A DNA stretch of 29,553 nucleotides from a virus (Duplodnaviria > Caudoviricetes), in the IMG/VR virus record IMGVR_UViG_3300005805_000018, positions 1 through 29,553 of that record. One strand, written 5' to 3'. The position numbers and the translations under genes were made by a program. Below the pieces are notes generated by a model. That model worked only from the letters and a program-made list of their open reading frames with translations. It ran no database searches and was not told the DNA's origin. Below, in pieces: positions 17,837 to 25,845 of the stretch. Positions within the stretch are counted from its first letter, which is position 1; each line of letters opens with the position of its first letter.

Positions 17837-19069
17837 TTATCCTATTCTATGCCCCCACATCACGGGTGGTTGCGGTTTAATCTGTGTTCTAATTGGATAG
17901 AGGTAATCCGTCATATAGCGTAAAGCATCGAATTGATGATCAAAGCCTGAATCTTTATCAGGGATGCTGGTGCCCTGTTTATATGTGAATTTCTCTAAAC
18001 ATTCTATTGTATATTTACAACGAGGATCAAAAAACAAAGTGCTAACGCCAGTAGAACTACGCAATTTGGCATTTACCGCGTTGATTCCTGATCTGACGGG
18101 GTTATGACTTGCTGGGGCGAGAACCCTGAAACCGGCGTTTTTAAGGATTGAATGGTCTGTTCTATTTTGAGCACTTGTGCGTCGAGCCGAGCCTGCTGGG
18201 TCCGGATAACAGATAATTTTATTTCCAACATATCTATTTTTAATTTCTTCCACCAATTCATCAGTATTACTCCCAAATATTCTTATTTCATCTACACAAT
18301 GTAAGATTTGATCTCGTTTGACTGCTACTACAGCACTTATGGGATCCACATTGAAATCAATCCCGATATGTAATTCTTCCGGTAATCGACCTTCATAAGG
18401 TTTTACATTATATGATCTATCGAACGCATACGCTATACGACCGCTAAATGTTTCGAAACTACCTTCATATTCTTGTTTGAATGTTTTTTCATCCAATACA
18501 CGGCGAGCGGCTTCGATCTCCTCTTCAGGGATATTACCGCCTTCTAAACTTGTATATTGAAAACTGGCCCATTCATCGGGATATATCGCAGCCAAATCAT
18601 AGAGATCTTTGACCCAGTTTAGACCTGCTGGTGTTGATATGAATAGGGCCCAACCTTGACGATCTGATAATGCTGGGCGTAATACAGAGGTCCAAGCCTC
18701 TTCATCGATTATAGCGGCCTCATCCATAATCACGGCATCAAGGCCGACCCCGCGAAGGTTTTGGGCCCCGCCATCGGCACCTTTGAGACTTATGGTTGAA
18801 CCATTCTTTAATTGAATTGAAAGTTCAGTCTCATTTACTTTCTTTACCCAACGAAGATCCAATAGTTTATTCTTTAACTTCTTCCAACAGATCAGTTTAG
18901 CCTGTCGATAAGTCGGTGCTATATAAAATATTTCTCTATCAGGTTGTGCTGCTTCACGACACATAAGCCAAATAGCCAAGGTGGTCTTCCCGAATCTTCT
19001 GCCGCATATCGCAACCTTGAATCTTCGGGGGTCATTGGCTATTATACGCTGTCGTTCTTTAAGTGGCAT
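17837..19069 (-). CDS. terL: Terminase large subunit
   Basis: Walker A GRRFGKT, Walker B VIMDEAA, ISTP coupling motif, nuclease GIDFN and DALRY; start MPLKERQ. Confidence 0.95.
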   Translation of the reverse strand: MPLKERQRIIANDPRRFKVAICGRRFGKTTLAIWLMCREAAQPDREIFYIAPTYRQAKLICWKKLKNKLLDLRWVKKVNETELSIQLKNGSTISLKGADGGAQNLRGVGLDAVIMDEAAIIDEEAWTSVLRPALSDRQGWALFISTPAGLNWVKDLYDLAAIYPDEWASFQYTSLEGGNIPEEEIEAARRVLDEKTFKQEYEGSFETFSGRIAYAFDRSYNVKPYEGRLPEELHIGIDFNVDPISAVVAVKRDQILHCVDEIRIFGSNTDELVEEIKNRYVGNKIICYPDPAGSARRTSAQNRTDHSILKNAGFRVLAPASHNPVRSGINAVNAKLRSSTGVSTLFFDPRCKYTIECLEKFTYKQGTSIPDKDSGFDHQFDALRYMTDYLYPIRTQIKPQPPVMWGHRIG

Positions 19070-20450
19070 CTTCGTCAAATAGATCTTGGAACTTTGTCGA
19101 TTCTTGTTCTTGTGATTCAACCCAAGCATCGATTCTTTTCTTTGATATTTCTATATAGCGTGGGTCTAACTCACAACCGATATAGTTAAAGCCTAAACCC
19201 ACAGCGGCCATACCTGTTGAACCTGAACCGTTAAAGGGATCAAGCACGGTGCCGCCTGGTGGAGTGATCAGTTTGATCAAATATTTCATCAGTGCTACAG
19301 GTTTTACGGTGGGGTGGTTATTACCGATATTGCGTGTTTGTTTATTGATTTCACACCATTTGCGATATTCTTCTTTCAAACCATGTGTATATATTACACC
19401 GCATTGGGGCAGATAGATTTGTGGATTATTACCTCTATCTTTATATAAAAGGGGTTGGCCATTCTTATCAATATAATAACCTCCCATCTCTTCCAACATA
19501 GATCGAGTTGAGGGCGGAGAATCATTACTACCTTGAATATTCTGTTTTTTTTGAATATAGTTTCCACCATTGCTTGTGCCTTGATATCCACTTGGATCAG
19601 TTGGAATATTAGTAGTATCAAACCCTAAATGTCTCTCTTTTCGACTAACTTTGGGACAATAGAAATACTTTTGATAACCTGGGATCTCACCGATGACATT
19701 TGAGGGGAATCGGCCTGCTACGGTCTTCCATTCACTATAATCATCAACTTCTTTACCTGCTGTTTCTAATGACGCATTATTACTAAATGCTGATTTACTT
19801 TCATATGTTATTGAATCACCAACACGACAAGCATCAATATTCAGTGCCCCAGTTCCCCACCGTTGAACCGTATCTTTAATACTGCCTCGAATGGGTTTGC
19901 GAGCCAAACATATGGGTTCGTGTGCGGGCTTTAAGGCTGTGCCCCAACCCGCCCATTCATTGTCTGCTGGTTTAAGGACTTCTTTAAGTGGGCAAGGATT
20001 ATTAGAGCATTTCTTTTGATTGCTACCATTCTCAAACTTACCACATTGAGGACATTGTGTTCCCATACCAACAATCTGACTACTATTTGCTGATGGAAGT
20101 TTCTTTCTTTTTCCTTCCGAGCGTTCTATTGATTTACCAATATCTTGACTCTTGGGGAAGCCTGAACTATATAACCACATTATTTGATCACGAATCTCAA
20201 ACCCCGCCTGTTCCAAAGTGATAGCAAGATGATGATAGGTTCTGGCCGCACTGAAAGCCAATATATGACCCCCGGGCTTTAGAACACGAAGGCACTCTTG
20301 ATATGTATCAAGAGCCCCAGTATTGGCATCCCAACTTTTACCTAAAAAATCTATCCCGTAAGGCGGGTCTGTCACAATAGCATCGATTGAATTATCGGGT
20401 AAAGTTTTAAGGGCTACCCGATTATCGCCCTGAATAAGTTGATATTTCAT
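19059..20450 (-). CDS. Orphan DNA N6-adenine/N4-cytosine methyltransferase (beta class)
   Basis: N-terminal TDPPY, HPTVKP, C-terminal VLDPFNGSGSTG; start MKYQL at 20450 with GGAG RBS. Confidence 0.93.
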   Translation of the reverse strand: MKYQLIQGDNRVALKTLPDNSIDAIVTDPPYGIDFLGKSWDANTGALDTYQECLRVLKPGGHILAFSAARTYHHLAITLEQAGFEIRDQIMWLYSSGFPKSQDIGKSIERSEGKRKKLPSANSSQIVGMGTQCPQCGKFENGSNQKKCSNNPCPLKEVLKPADNEWAGWGTALKPAHEPICLARKPIRGSIKDTVQRWGTGALNIDACRVGDSITYESKSAFSNNASLETAGKEVDDYSEWKTVAGRFPSNVIGEIPGYQKYFYCPKVSRKERHLGFDTTNIPTDPSGYQGTSNGGNYIQKKQNIQGSNDSPPSTRSMLEEMGGYYIDKNGQPLLYKDRGNNPQIYLPQCGVIYTHGLKEEYRKWCEINKQTRNIGNNHPTVKPVALMKYLIKLITPPGGTVLDPFNGSGSTGMAAVGLGFNYIGCELDPRYIEISKKRIDAWVESQEQESTKFQDLFDEDAT

Positions 20451-20503
20451 TTCGTTTCTCCGTAGCAAATATCATAAGAAAAACGGGGCACTCTGGCCCC
20501 GTG
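20447..20503 (-). repeat. Cassette boundary repeat, copy A (hairpin + U-tract + leader/RBS + ATG)
   Basis: Near-identical to 20771-20828. Confidence 0.9.
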
Positions 20504-20510
20504 ATTGAGT

Positions 20511-20774
20511 TTAACCGTGATTCTCAAAGATTTCTATATTATAGATCTTTGAAAACATCTCTAAACATTTTTGATTCGTCTCAAACGCCACTTTATAATT
20601 TTTATCGAAATTACCGTAGTCTTCGTAATACCCTTTATCATCACCGATAGACTTATTATGAGCGATCAATTCGGCAACGAGCCAAAGAGGCCCACCGGGT
20701 GTATCTTGAAACTCTATCTCATAATTTACAACATTATCTTCATCATAATAAAACAATAAAATATTTTGTGTCAT
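20511..20774 (-). CDS. Acidic hypothetical protein (cassette gene)
   Basis: 87 aa, flanked by the two repeats. Confidence 0.7.
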   Translation of the reverse strand: MTQNILLFYYDEDNVVNYEIEFQDTPGGPLWLVAELIAHNKSIGDDKGYYEDYGNFDKNYKVAFETNQKCLEMFSKIYNIEIFENHG

Positions 20775-20828
20775 TTCGTTTCTCTATAGCAAATATCATA
20801 ATAAAAAACGGGGCACTCTGGCCCCGTG
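20771..20828 (-). repeat. Cassette boundary repeat, copy B, with terminator-like hairpin acggggc-cagagt-gccccgt-TTTTT
   Basis: Direct repeat of copy A; its leader part recurs at ~21000-21021. Confidence 0.9.
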
Positions 20829-20836
20829 TTGTTTTT

Positions 20837-21010
20837 TTAGTGTTCTAAAACCTCAGTCCAAGTCAATAGCCCTGCTTGATCAAGTCTATAGACTTCTCTC
20901 GCCGTAGTTTCTTCTTCTATAAAATAATGACGCTCTTCGTCAGTGTTAAATGATAACCAAATCGCTTTTAAGACTTCTACTGATCTATCGATAGATTTTT
21001 TTTGTGTCAT
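20837..21010 (-). CDS. Hypothetical protein (cassette gene, 57 aa)
   Basis: AGGAG RBS, start MTQKK. Confidence 0.7.
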   Translation of the reverse strand: MTQKKSIDRSVEVLKAIWLSFNTDEERHYFIEEETTAREVYRLDQAGLLTWTEVLEH

Positions 21011-21070
21011 TTCGTTTCTCCTTTTGAGTAGCACACAAATATAAAAAGCATTTACTCTTTCTATTTTATT

Positions 21071-21099
21071 ATTATACTTATTTATCTATTTTCTGTCAA
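21071..21099 (-). promoter_or_regulatory. Perfect sigma70 promoter TTGACA-N17-TATAAT with TAAATA (21079-21084) in the spacer
   Basis: -35 at 21094-21099, -10 at 21071-21076. Confidence 0.85.
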
Positions 21100-21121
21100 A
21101 TGTCGTTTTTTTACAACAGGG

Positions 21122-21319
21122 TCATTGAGCCGTAATTTTATTAATCCAAACTCCGCCAAATTGACTTTGAGTTTTCAATCTTTGAAACTCTTGTCTTCCC
21201 AAAAGTCTATCCGTAAATGACATTGTGATTTGACCTCGATGACCTAAATCTATTGTGATAGTATAGTCAGCGGGTTTGGCAGTATCTGGTGCGTCAATAT
21301 CGCGTGTTTTAATTTTCAT
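21122..21319 (-). CDS. Hypothetical protein
   Basis: 65 aa; ATGA overlap with terS. Confidence 0.65.
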   Translation of the reverse strand: MKIKTRDIDAPDTAKPADYTITIDLGHRGQITMSFTDRLLGRQEFQRLKTQSQFGGVWINKITAQ

Positions 21320-21762
21320 AGGTCTTCATCATTAAATGGTAGTGGTGCGTTGGCTTCAGAATTATTGGGATTGTCCGACATGCCCAAAATATTTTTCGAC
21401 AAGAAGATCTGCATCACAGCATTACCATTCAAGGCATTCTTGACCATAGCGGTGCGTAGTGCTGTTTTAAGATCCTGGCGACCTTTAGCCATCGTTTCGC
21501 TAAAGTTGTATCTCAATGTATTGTAATCAATATCAAACCAAGTGGCTATTTCGGCATCAGTACAGCCAATGGCGGCCAACTTATAAACATCTTCTGGCAC
21601 TACAACTCGTTTTCTAAGTCCTCTACCAACCTCATAGCCATAGACTTCAACTGCTTTAAGTTGTTTGGGTTTGTTTCCAGTCTTTGAGGGATCAGGTAGG
21701 GGTTCTGGAGGTAGTGGTATGACCTCATACTCAATAGTAGAGGTGTGGGTGTCTTCAATCAT
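21316..21762 (-). CDS. terS: Terminase small subunit (HTH type)
   Basis: LAAIGCTDAEIATWFDI HTH and A..GNAVMQIFLSKNILG motif; upstream of terL. Confidence 0.8.
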   Translation of the reverse strand: MIEDTHTSTIEYEVIPLPPEPLPDPSKTGNKPKQLKAVEVYGYEVGRGLRKRVVVPEDVYKLAAIGCTDAEIATWFDIDYNTLRYNFSETMAKGRQDLKTALRTAMVKNALNGNAVMQIFLSKNILGMSDNPNNSEANAPLPFNDEDL

Positions 21763-21767
21763 AATAA

Positions 21768-21773
21768 TATTTA
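21768..21773 (-). promoter_or_regulatory. TAAATA promoter 5 nt before the terS ATG (leaderless mRNA)
   Basis: TAAATA-TTATT-ATG with no Shine-Dalgarno. Confidence 0.65.
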
Positions 21774-21795
21774 ACTAATCAACTAAAAAAGTCAT

Positions 21796-21823
21796 AAAAA
21801 AAGACCGCTTTTCGGGGCGGTCT
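21796..21823 (-). terminator. Rho-independent terminator ending the early/moron region
   Basis: agaccgc-cccgaaaa-gcggtct followed by a T run. Confidence 0.85.
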
Positions 21824-21856
21824 AATTATATAATAGTATCTAACAATGATCACCAA

Positions 21857-22204
21857 TCATTTTGCTGTCTCAATCTCTTGTTCTGAATAGTCTTCAATCT
21901 TTTTCATCCAATTAAGAATATGTGGATTAAATCTAAACATATGGGCCAACGCATCAGATAATCGATAGACCTGACTATGACTCATTTTGATTCTATAAAC
22001 ATCTTCAATGGCGTGTAAAATCTCGTGAAACATTGTTTCAATAGCATCGTGTCCGGTCAAATTGGGATCGATTCTCATAGTATGATTTAAGACATTGCTA
22101 CAATCACCATTTACACCAGCAAGAATCTTTTCTTTAGGTAAGGGATGAATGTCATAATCAATATTGCCAATTAGAATTCGTGAAGGCAATTTGGGCTTTT
22201 TCAT
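21857..22204 (-). CDS. Small HExxH zinc metallopeptidase-like protein
   Basis: ETMFHEILHAI; start MKKPK with AAGGAG. Confidence 0.75.
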   Translation of the reverse strand: MKKPKLPSRILIGNIDYDIHPLPKEKILAGVNGDCSNVLNHTMRIDPNLTGHDAIETMFHEILHAIEDVYRIKMSHSQVYRLSDALAHMFRFNPHILNWMKKIEDYSEQEIETAK

Positions 22205-22398
22205 TGTGCTGCTCCTTGATTCGACCAAACAATCTTACCGTATTGGGCACTACGAATAAGACCTTCTTGCTGTGCTTCATAAAGCATATTAGCCAAAAGT
22301 TGTTGAGCGGGTGTCCAAGAAAAATAGGCAGTGTTTTTCATTTGAAGATATTCTTTGTAATCTTCGCCAATACTGGACAAATAGTCTTTGACTTTCAT
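22201..22398 (-). CDS. Hypothetical protein (65 aa, MKVKDYL...)
   Basis: AAGGAG RBS; downstream of the promoter at 22444-22472. Confidence 0.7.
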   Translation of the reverse strand: MKVKDYLSSIGEDYKEYLQMKNTAYFSWTPAQQLLANMLYEAQQEGLIRSAQYGKIVWSNQGAAQ

Positions 22399-22431
22399 TG
22401 TGCTGCTCCTTTGTGTGTGTTGTGTAGCATT

Positions 22432-22472
22432 CACTACACCTCTATAATAGCAGTTATAGAGGCTGTAGTCAA
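22432..22472 (-). promoter_or_regulatory. sigma70 promoter TTGACT-N17-TATTAT overlapped by a long palindrome (operator candidate)
   Basis: actaca-cctctataa-N6-ttatagagg-c-tgtagt. Confidence 0.7.
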
Positions 22473-22483
22473 TTGTGGCGAAT

Positions 22484-22735
22484 TTACAACACTTCAACAG
22501 CCTGATCATTAGCCCAACGAGCCTGATTGGCAGCACGGGCTATTTCTACTTGCCGTAATTCTTGTATATGATCTTCTAAATATAAGATCGCATTGGCTAT
22601 TTGATCAATTGGAGTCGTGGGATCAATATCTGTAAGTGTATCTTCAATTGGCCAATAACTCAATAAGAATTTAAGTGTATCCTCTGCTTGTTGCTGTGTC
22701 ATATCGAGGACATCTAAACGATCAGGTATCCTCAT
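22484..22735 (-). CDS. Hypothetical protein
   Basis: 83 aa; overlaps the upstream gene. Confidence 0.6.
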   Translation of the reverse strand: MRIPDRLDVLDMTQQQAEDTLKFLLSYWPIEDTLTDIDPTTPIDQIANAILYLEDHIQELRQVEIARAANQARWANDQAVEVL

Positions 22736-22910
22736 CTTGGCTCCGTTGTGCTGTCAATGCGAAATCCCTAAACTCACCGAATTGTTCGTGAATAATCTCA
22801 ACTATTTCACTGATCTTTAGATCGTGTTCTAAATAGGTTTGACCTGAAATCTCTTGATGTGTAGAATCTTTGAATACGGTCAGAGCGACCTGTAATGATA
22901 TTTGGTTCAT
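22722..22910 (-). CDS. Hypothetical protein
   Basis: 62 aa; ATGA overlap. Confidence 0.6.
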   Translation of the reverse strand: MNQISLQVALTVFKDSTHQEISGQTYLEHDLKISEIVEIIHEQFGEFRDFALTAQRSQDEDT

Positions 22911-23173
22911 CTTCTTGTTCCTTCAATACGGCCAACGGTTTGACCTCGTGTGTTTGTGATCCAACCTTGGCTATCAATACGACCTGTGGTTTGACCCCGT
23001 GTGTCAGTGATCCAACCTTGATGATCAATACGACCTGTGGTTTGACCTTGACTATTAGTCATATATTGTGGTGGTGGACTAATTGAACTGGCGGGCGGTG
23101 TGGTGCCTGTGGGTGTTTGTGCTGCTACTTGACCTGTCAATAGTACAGCACATAATATTACCTCTTTACGCAT
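22907..23173 (-). CDS. Small secreted protein with three 15-aa repeats (T-x-x-x-G-Q-T-x-G-R-I-D/E)
   Basis: Signal peptide ending VAA-Q, Pro/Thr linker, 45-bp DNA repeats; AAGGAG RBS. Confidence 0.75.
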   Translation of the reverse strand: MRKEVILCAVLLTGQVAAQTPTGTTPPASSISPPPQYMTNSQGQTTGRIDHQGWITDTRGQTTGRIDSQGWITNTRGQTVGRIEGTRR

Positions 23174-23190
23174 TAGTGTCTCCTTGATTT

Positions 23191-23219
23191 ATTATAGGTG
23201 GTTTAGGCGGTGTTGTCAA
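23191..23219 (-). promoter_or_regulatory. Perfect sigma70 promoter TTGACA-N17-TATAAT
   Basis: -35 at 23214-23219, -10 at 23191-23196. Confidence 0.85.
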
Positions 23220-23446
23220 TCACCTAAATATTTTGTATCTTCATAACCTATAGCACGGCTAATTGAAATATCAACGGGATAGCCTTTGACCCCTTTGAGA
23301 TTTAAGATGATCTGTGTGGCACTACCTTGACGAACCCAATAGCCGTGCCGCATCGGTTCAAAACGACTATCAAGTTCATTTAGATCTCGTGGTCTGACAT
23401 TTTGACACCAAAGATCATATAGATTATAAAATAAATGATCTTTCAT
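23216..23446 (-). CDS. Hypothetical protein
   Basis: 76 aa; ATGA overlap. Confidence 0.6.
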   Translation of the reverse strand: MKDHLFYNLYDLWCQNVRPRDLNELDSRFEPMRHGYWVRQGSATQIILNLKGVKGYPVDISISRAIGYEDTKYLGD

Positions 23447-23781
23447 TGGAATCTCACAATATCCTCAAATAGTGGTGTGGTATCACGATCTGCTCTTCGA
23501 TAACGACTGATAACCAATTGTTGATATCGAGTCATAATACAGACATTAGGTAAGGTCCAAGCACCTTCCCAATCGATACGACTCAAAACATAGTCGTGGG
23601 GTTGTCGGCCTCGATTCAACCAATAGCGATCATCTTCCCAAATAGTACGCCATTGATCCCAAGTGATATCACATAATTCAGATCTATATTCACATTGGGC
23701 CTTGAAACGCAGCCAAGCCAATCGCTTGCGACCAACTTCGCCAGTCCAAACTTTATTTTTATTATGCTTCTTGGTTTTCAT
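23443..23781 (-). CDS. HNH-like endonuclease-fold protein
   Basis: W..RGR...DYVLSRIDWEGAWTLPNV pattern. Confidence 0.6.
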   Translation of the reverse strand: MKTKKHNKNKVWTGEVGRKRLAWLRFKAQCEYRSELCDITWDQWRTIWEDDRYWLNRGRQPHDYVLSRIDWEGAWTLPNVCIMTRYQQLVISRYRRADRDTTPLFEDIVRFQ

Positions 23782-24203
23782 CTATGTATATCCTCGGTAA
23801 GGGCTCGTTTTAAGGCCCATCCCAAGCGTAATCTTGACGCCAATGTATGATGATTGATACCGTACTCTCGAGCCCAACTTTTTAAGCATTGAGTTCTGCG
23901 GCGGTAAGTTAGTTGAACGCTATGACCATCTGGTCTATTGCCCTTTTCTTCACCTGTGGCCCAATATAGATTACCGGGGCGGAAGTCATCATCAATATCA
24001 ATTCGTGTTAGGAATTTACTGCGACCTCGTGGTGGTCCCAAATTCGATAGAATCCAAGATTCAAATAGATCGTATTGACCGCGACCCCAATGACTTTGGA
24101 TACCTCGGCCTCCGATATTGGGGTAATCAAGATGGTTGGGGTTATTTGTGGCACCTCGCATCCAATTCCAGCGAGCGTAAAATTGTCCTCTTCGTCTCGT
24201 CAT
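23778..24203 (-). CDS. HNH homing-endonuclease-like protein with C-terminal HTH (possibly degenerate)
   Basis: W.WM...NNPN...Y...GGRGI; TRIDIDDDFRPGNLYWAT; L..WA..YGI...L..RL..GW; start 24203 with AGGAG. Confidence 0.7.
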   Translation of the reverse strand: MTRRRGQFYARWNWMRGATNNPNHLDYPNIGGRGIQSHWGRGQYDLFESWILSNLGPPRGRSKFLTRIDIDDDFRPGNLYWATGEEKGNRPDGHSVQLTYRRRTQCLKSWAREYGINHHTLASRLRLGWALKRALTEDIHR

Positions 24204-24208
24204 ATCTG

Positions 24209-24565
24209 TTATTCTCCTAATCTTTCTTGTGACCAACGATCGTAGTGTCGTTGTCCTCGTCTGGCCTGTTGGCATATCTCTTCGGCCTCTTGACCTAACT
24301 CTGTGGTAATAAATGGTCTATTCACACCTTGGAACATCCCACCTAATGTATCTGTATTCAACATCTGATCCGCGAACCAAGAAAAAAAGTTTCGATCTGG
24401 GTGATTACAGACAAAATCATTTTGATCTATTTGATCTACTGCTCGGGGCAACCATACATCTCTAAATATGGCCCAAGCACGGGGTCGAAGATGTTGTTTC
24501 TTTAATAAGACTACTTGTTGTAGTGCTGCTGCTATAATATACCGATCGTGTTCTGTCAATTCCAT
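24209..24565 (-). CDS. Hypothetical protein
   Basis: 118 aa; AGGAGG and TAAATA (24592-24597) upstream. Confidence 0.65.
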   Translation of the reverse strand: MELTEHDRYIIAAALQQVVLLKKQHLRPRAWAIFRDVWLPRAVDQIDQNDFVCNHPDRNFFSWFADQMLNTDTLGGMFQGVNRPFITTELGQEAEEICQQARRGQRHYDRWSQERLGE

Positions 24566-24590
24566 TTCGCATAAGGCCTCCTAATATCAG

Positions 24591-24800
24591 TTATTTATCA
24601 ATGTTAGTAAAAAACCGATTAAAATGGGGGATTTTAATCAAGCCTTGGCGGATGGCCTGATCAGTTTCAGATTTGGATAGCCAAGCGATGTATTGGCCGC
24701 AATCACAGCACCAATAGCGAGCCAAGTTCGGTGCTGTACTGCTCTGTATCTCAACTTGGTGATTTTGATGTTGTTTTAATGGTTCATATTTGTTTTTCAT
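24591..24800 (-). CDS. Small putative Zn-binding protein
   Basis: H..H ... YWCCDCGQYIAWL. Confidence 0.6.
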   Translation of the reverse strand: MKNKYEPLKQHQNHQVEIQSSTAPNLARYWCCDCGQYIAWLSKSETDQAIRQGLIKIPHFNRFFTNIDK

Positions 24801-25276
24801 TAGAATATGGCTCGCGTTTGAATTTGGTAATTTTTATTATAGTTTTTGCGTAGTGGTTCAAAATGTTTATACCATTCTTGTCTTGTTTCTAAATCTAATA
24901 TTGAACCTCTACTTGTATTAGTATCGAATATCATTTTCACAGAATTAGATTGTGCCCACCATAAATCTCGTGTAGTGGCCAACATCCAATATTGATGGAT
25001 GGGACTATGTGTTAAACAAATATCGTGATGTTGATATGTGCCGTGTCCTTTTTTATAAAATGAAAAGATTTCTAATTTACCAAATATATTGATCATATCA
25101 CCAATACAGATTGCGTGAAACCAATCCGTCAATTCACTCGATGCTTGATGGGTTTTCCATATACTGACATTAGTAGATGAATACCGATTAGTTAAAAAAC
25201 GATCACCGCGATCTGTGTTCAAATAGATTTCACCTGAATTGATTTCTATTTCGATCTTTTGTTTATAGTTTATCAT
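24800..25276 (-). CDS. Hypothetical protein
   Basis: 158 aa; coupled to both neighbours. Confidence 0.6.
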   Translation of the reverse strand: MINYKQKIEIEINSGEIYLNTDRGDRFLTNRYSSTNVSIWKTHQASSELTDWFHAICIGDMINIFGKLEIFSFYKKGHGTYQHHDICLTHSPIHQYWMLATTRDLWWAQSNSVKMIFDTNTSRGSILDLETRQEWYKHFEPLRKNYNKNYQIQTRAIF

Positions 25277-25532
25277 ATTGGTTTATCTCTGCTTGTAGTT
25301 GAGATCGATCAAGTGGTTCTCTTTGATCTGGTGCTTTTGGATAATTTCGTGATATCCATAATACTAAATCGGGTGCTGTCCGACATAATTCTTCGATTGA
25401 CTTATCGATGCTAAAAGAACTATACATTTCTAAATCTGCTTCTTGAGGTGGATTATAAACAGGGGGCGATCCAACTCTATGATTTGACCAATCAACCATT
25501 TTCTTTCTAAATTCGTTATCATAATCACTCAT
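25263..25532 (-). CDS. Hypothetical protein
   Basis: 89 aa; AAGGAG RBS. Confidence 0.65.
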   Translation of the reverse strand: MSDYDNEFRKKMVDWSNHRVGSPPVYNPPQEADLEMYSSFSIDKSIEELCRTAPDLVLWISRNYPKAPDQREPLDRSQLQAEINQYDKL

Positions 25533-25544
25533 TTTTAAGTCTCC

Positions 25545-25845
25545 TTTATGAAATTATTTTACATAAATTATAATATTTCTACAACAATCAAATACCCCAA
25601 TTGGAGATCCTACAAACATATATAAAATATAGATTTAATATTGGCTATTATTATAACCTTACTATCAATCTATGAGATCCTACAAACATATATAAAATAT
25701 AGATTTAATATTGGCTATTATTAAATTCATATAACCCCATATTCCCCGTTCGTATGTTTGTTCTTGTTCGAAGAGATCTTTCTAATAAGTTCGAAGCGAA
25801 GCGAAGAACGGATCAATATGAGCGATAAGCGAATGATTGATCCCT
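25545..25845. other. Candidate replication origin
   Basis: One of the two largest non-coding gaps; iteron-like repeats, AT-rich tract, hairpin cluster with GCGAAGC; abuts the polymerase-like gene. Confidence 0.55.
25604..25723. repeat. Two exact 50-bp direct repeats (25604-25653, 25674-25723) in AT-rich non-coding DNA
   Basis: gagatcctacaaacatatataaaatatagatttaatattggctattatta x2, 70-bp period. Confidence 0.92.

Noticed and set aside
20447-20828. Integron attC sites
   Set aside because: No integrase and no clear RYYYAAC/GTTRRRY ends; the unit looks like terminator plus leader
22807-23086. Overlapping ORFs 22807..23028 (-) and 22895..23086 (+)
   Set aside because: By-products of the 45-bp repeats; only 22907..23173 has a promoter, RBS and signal peptide
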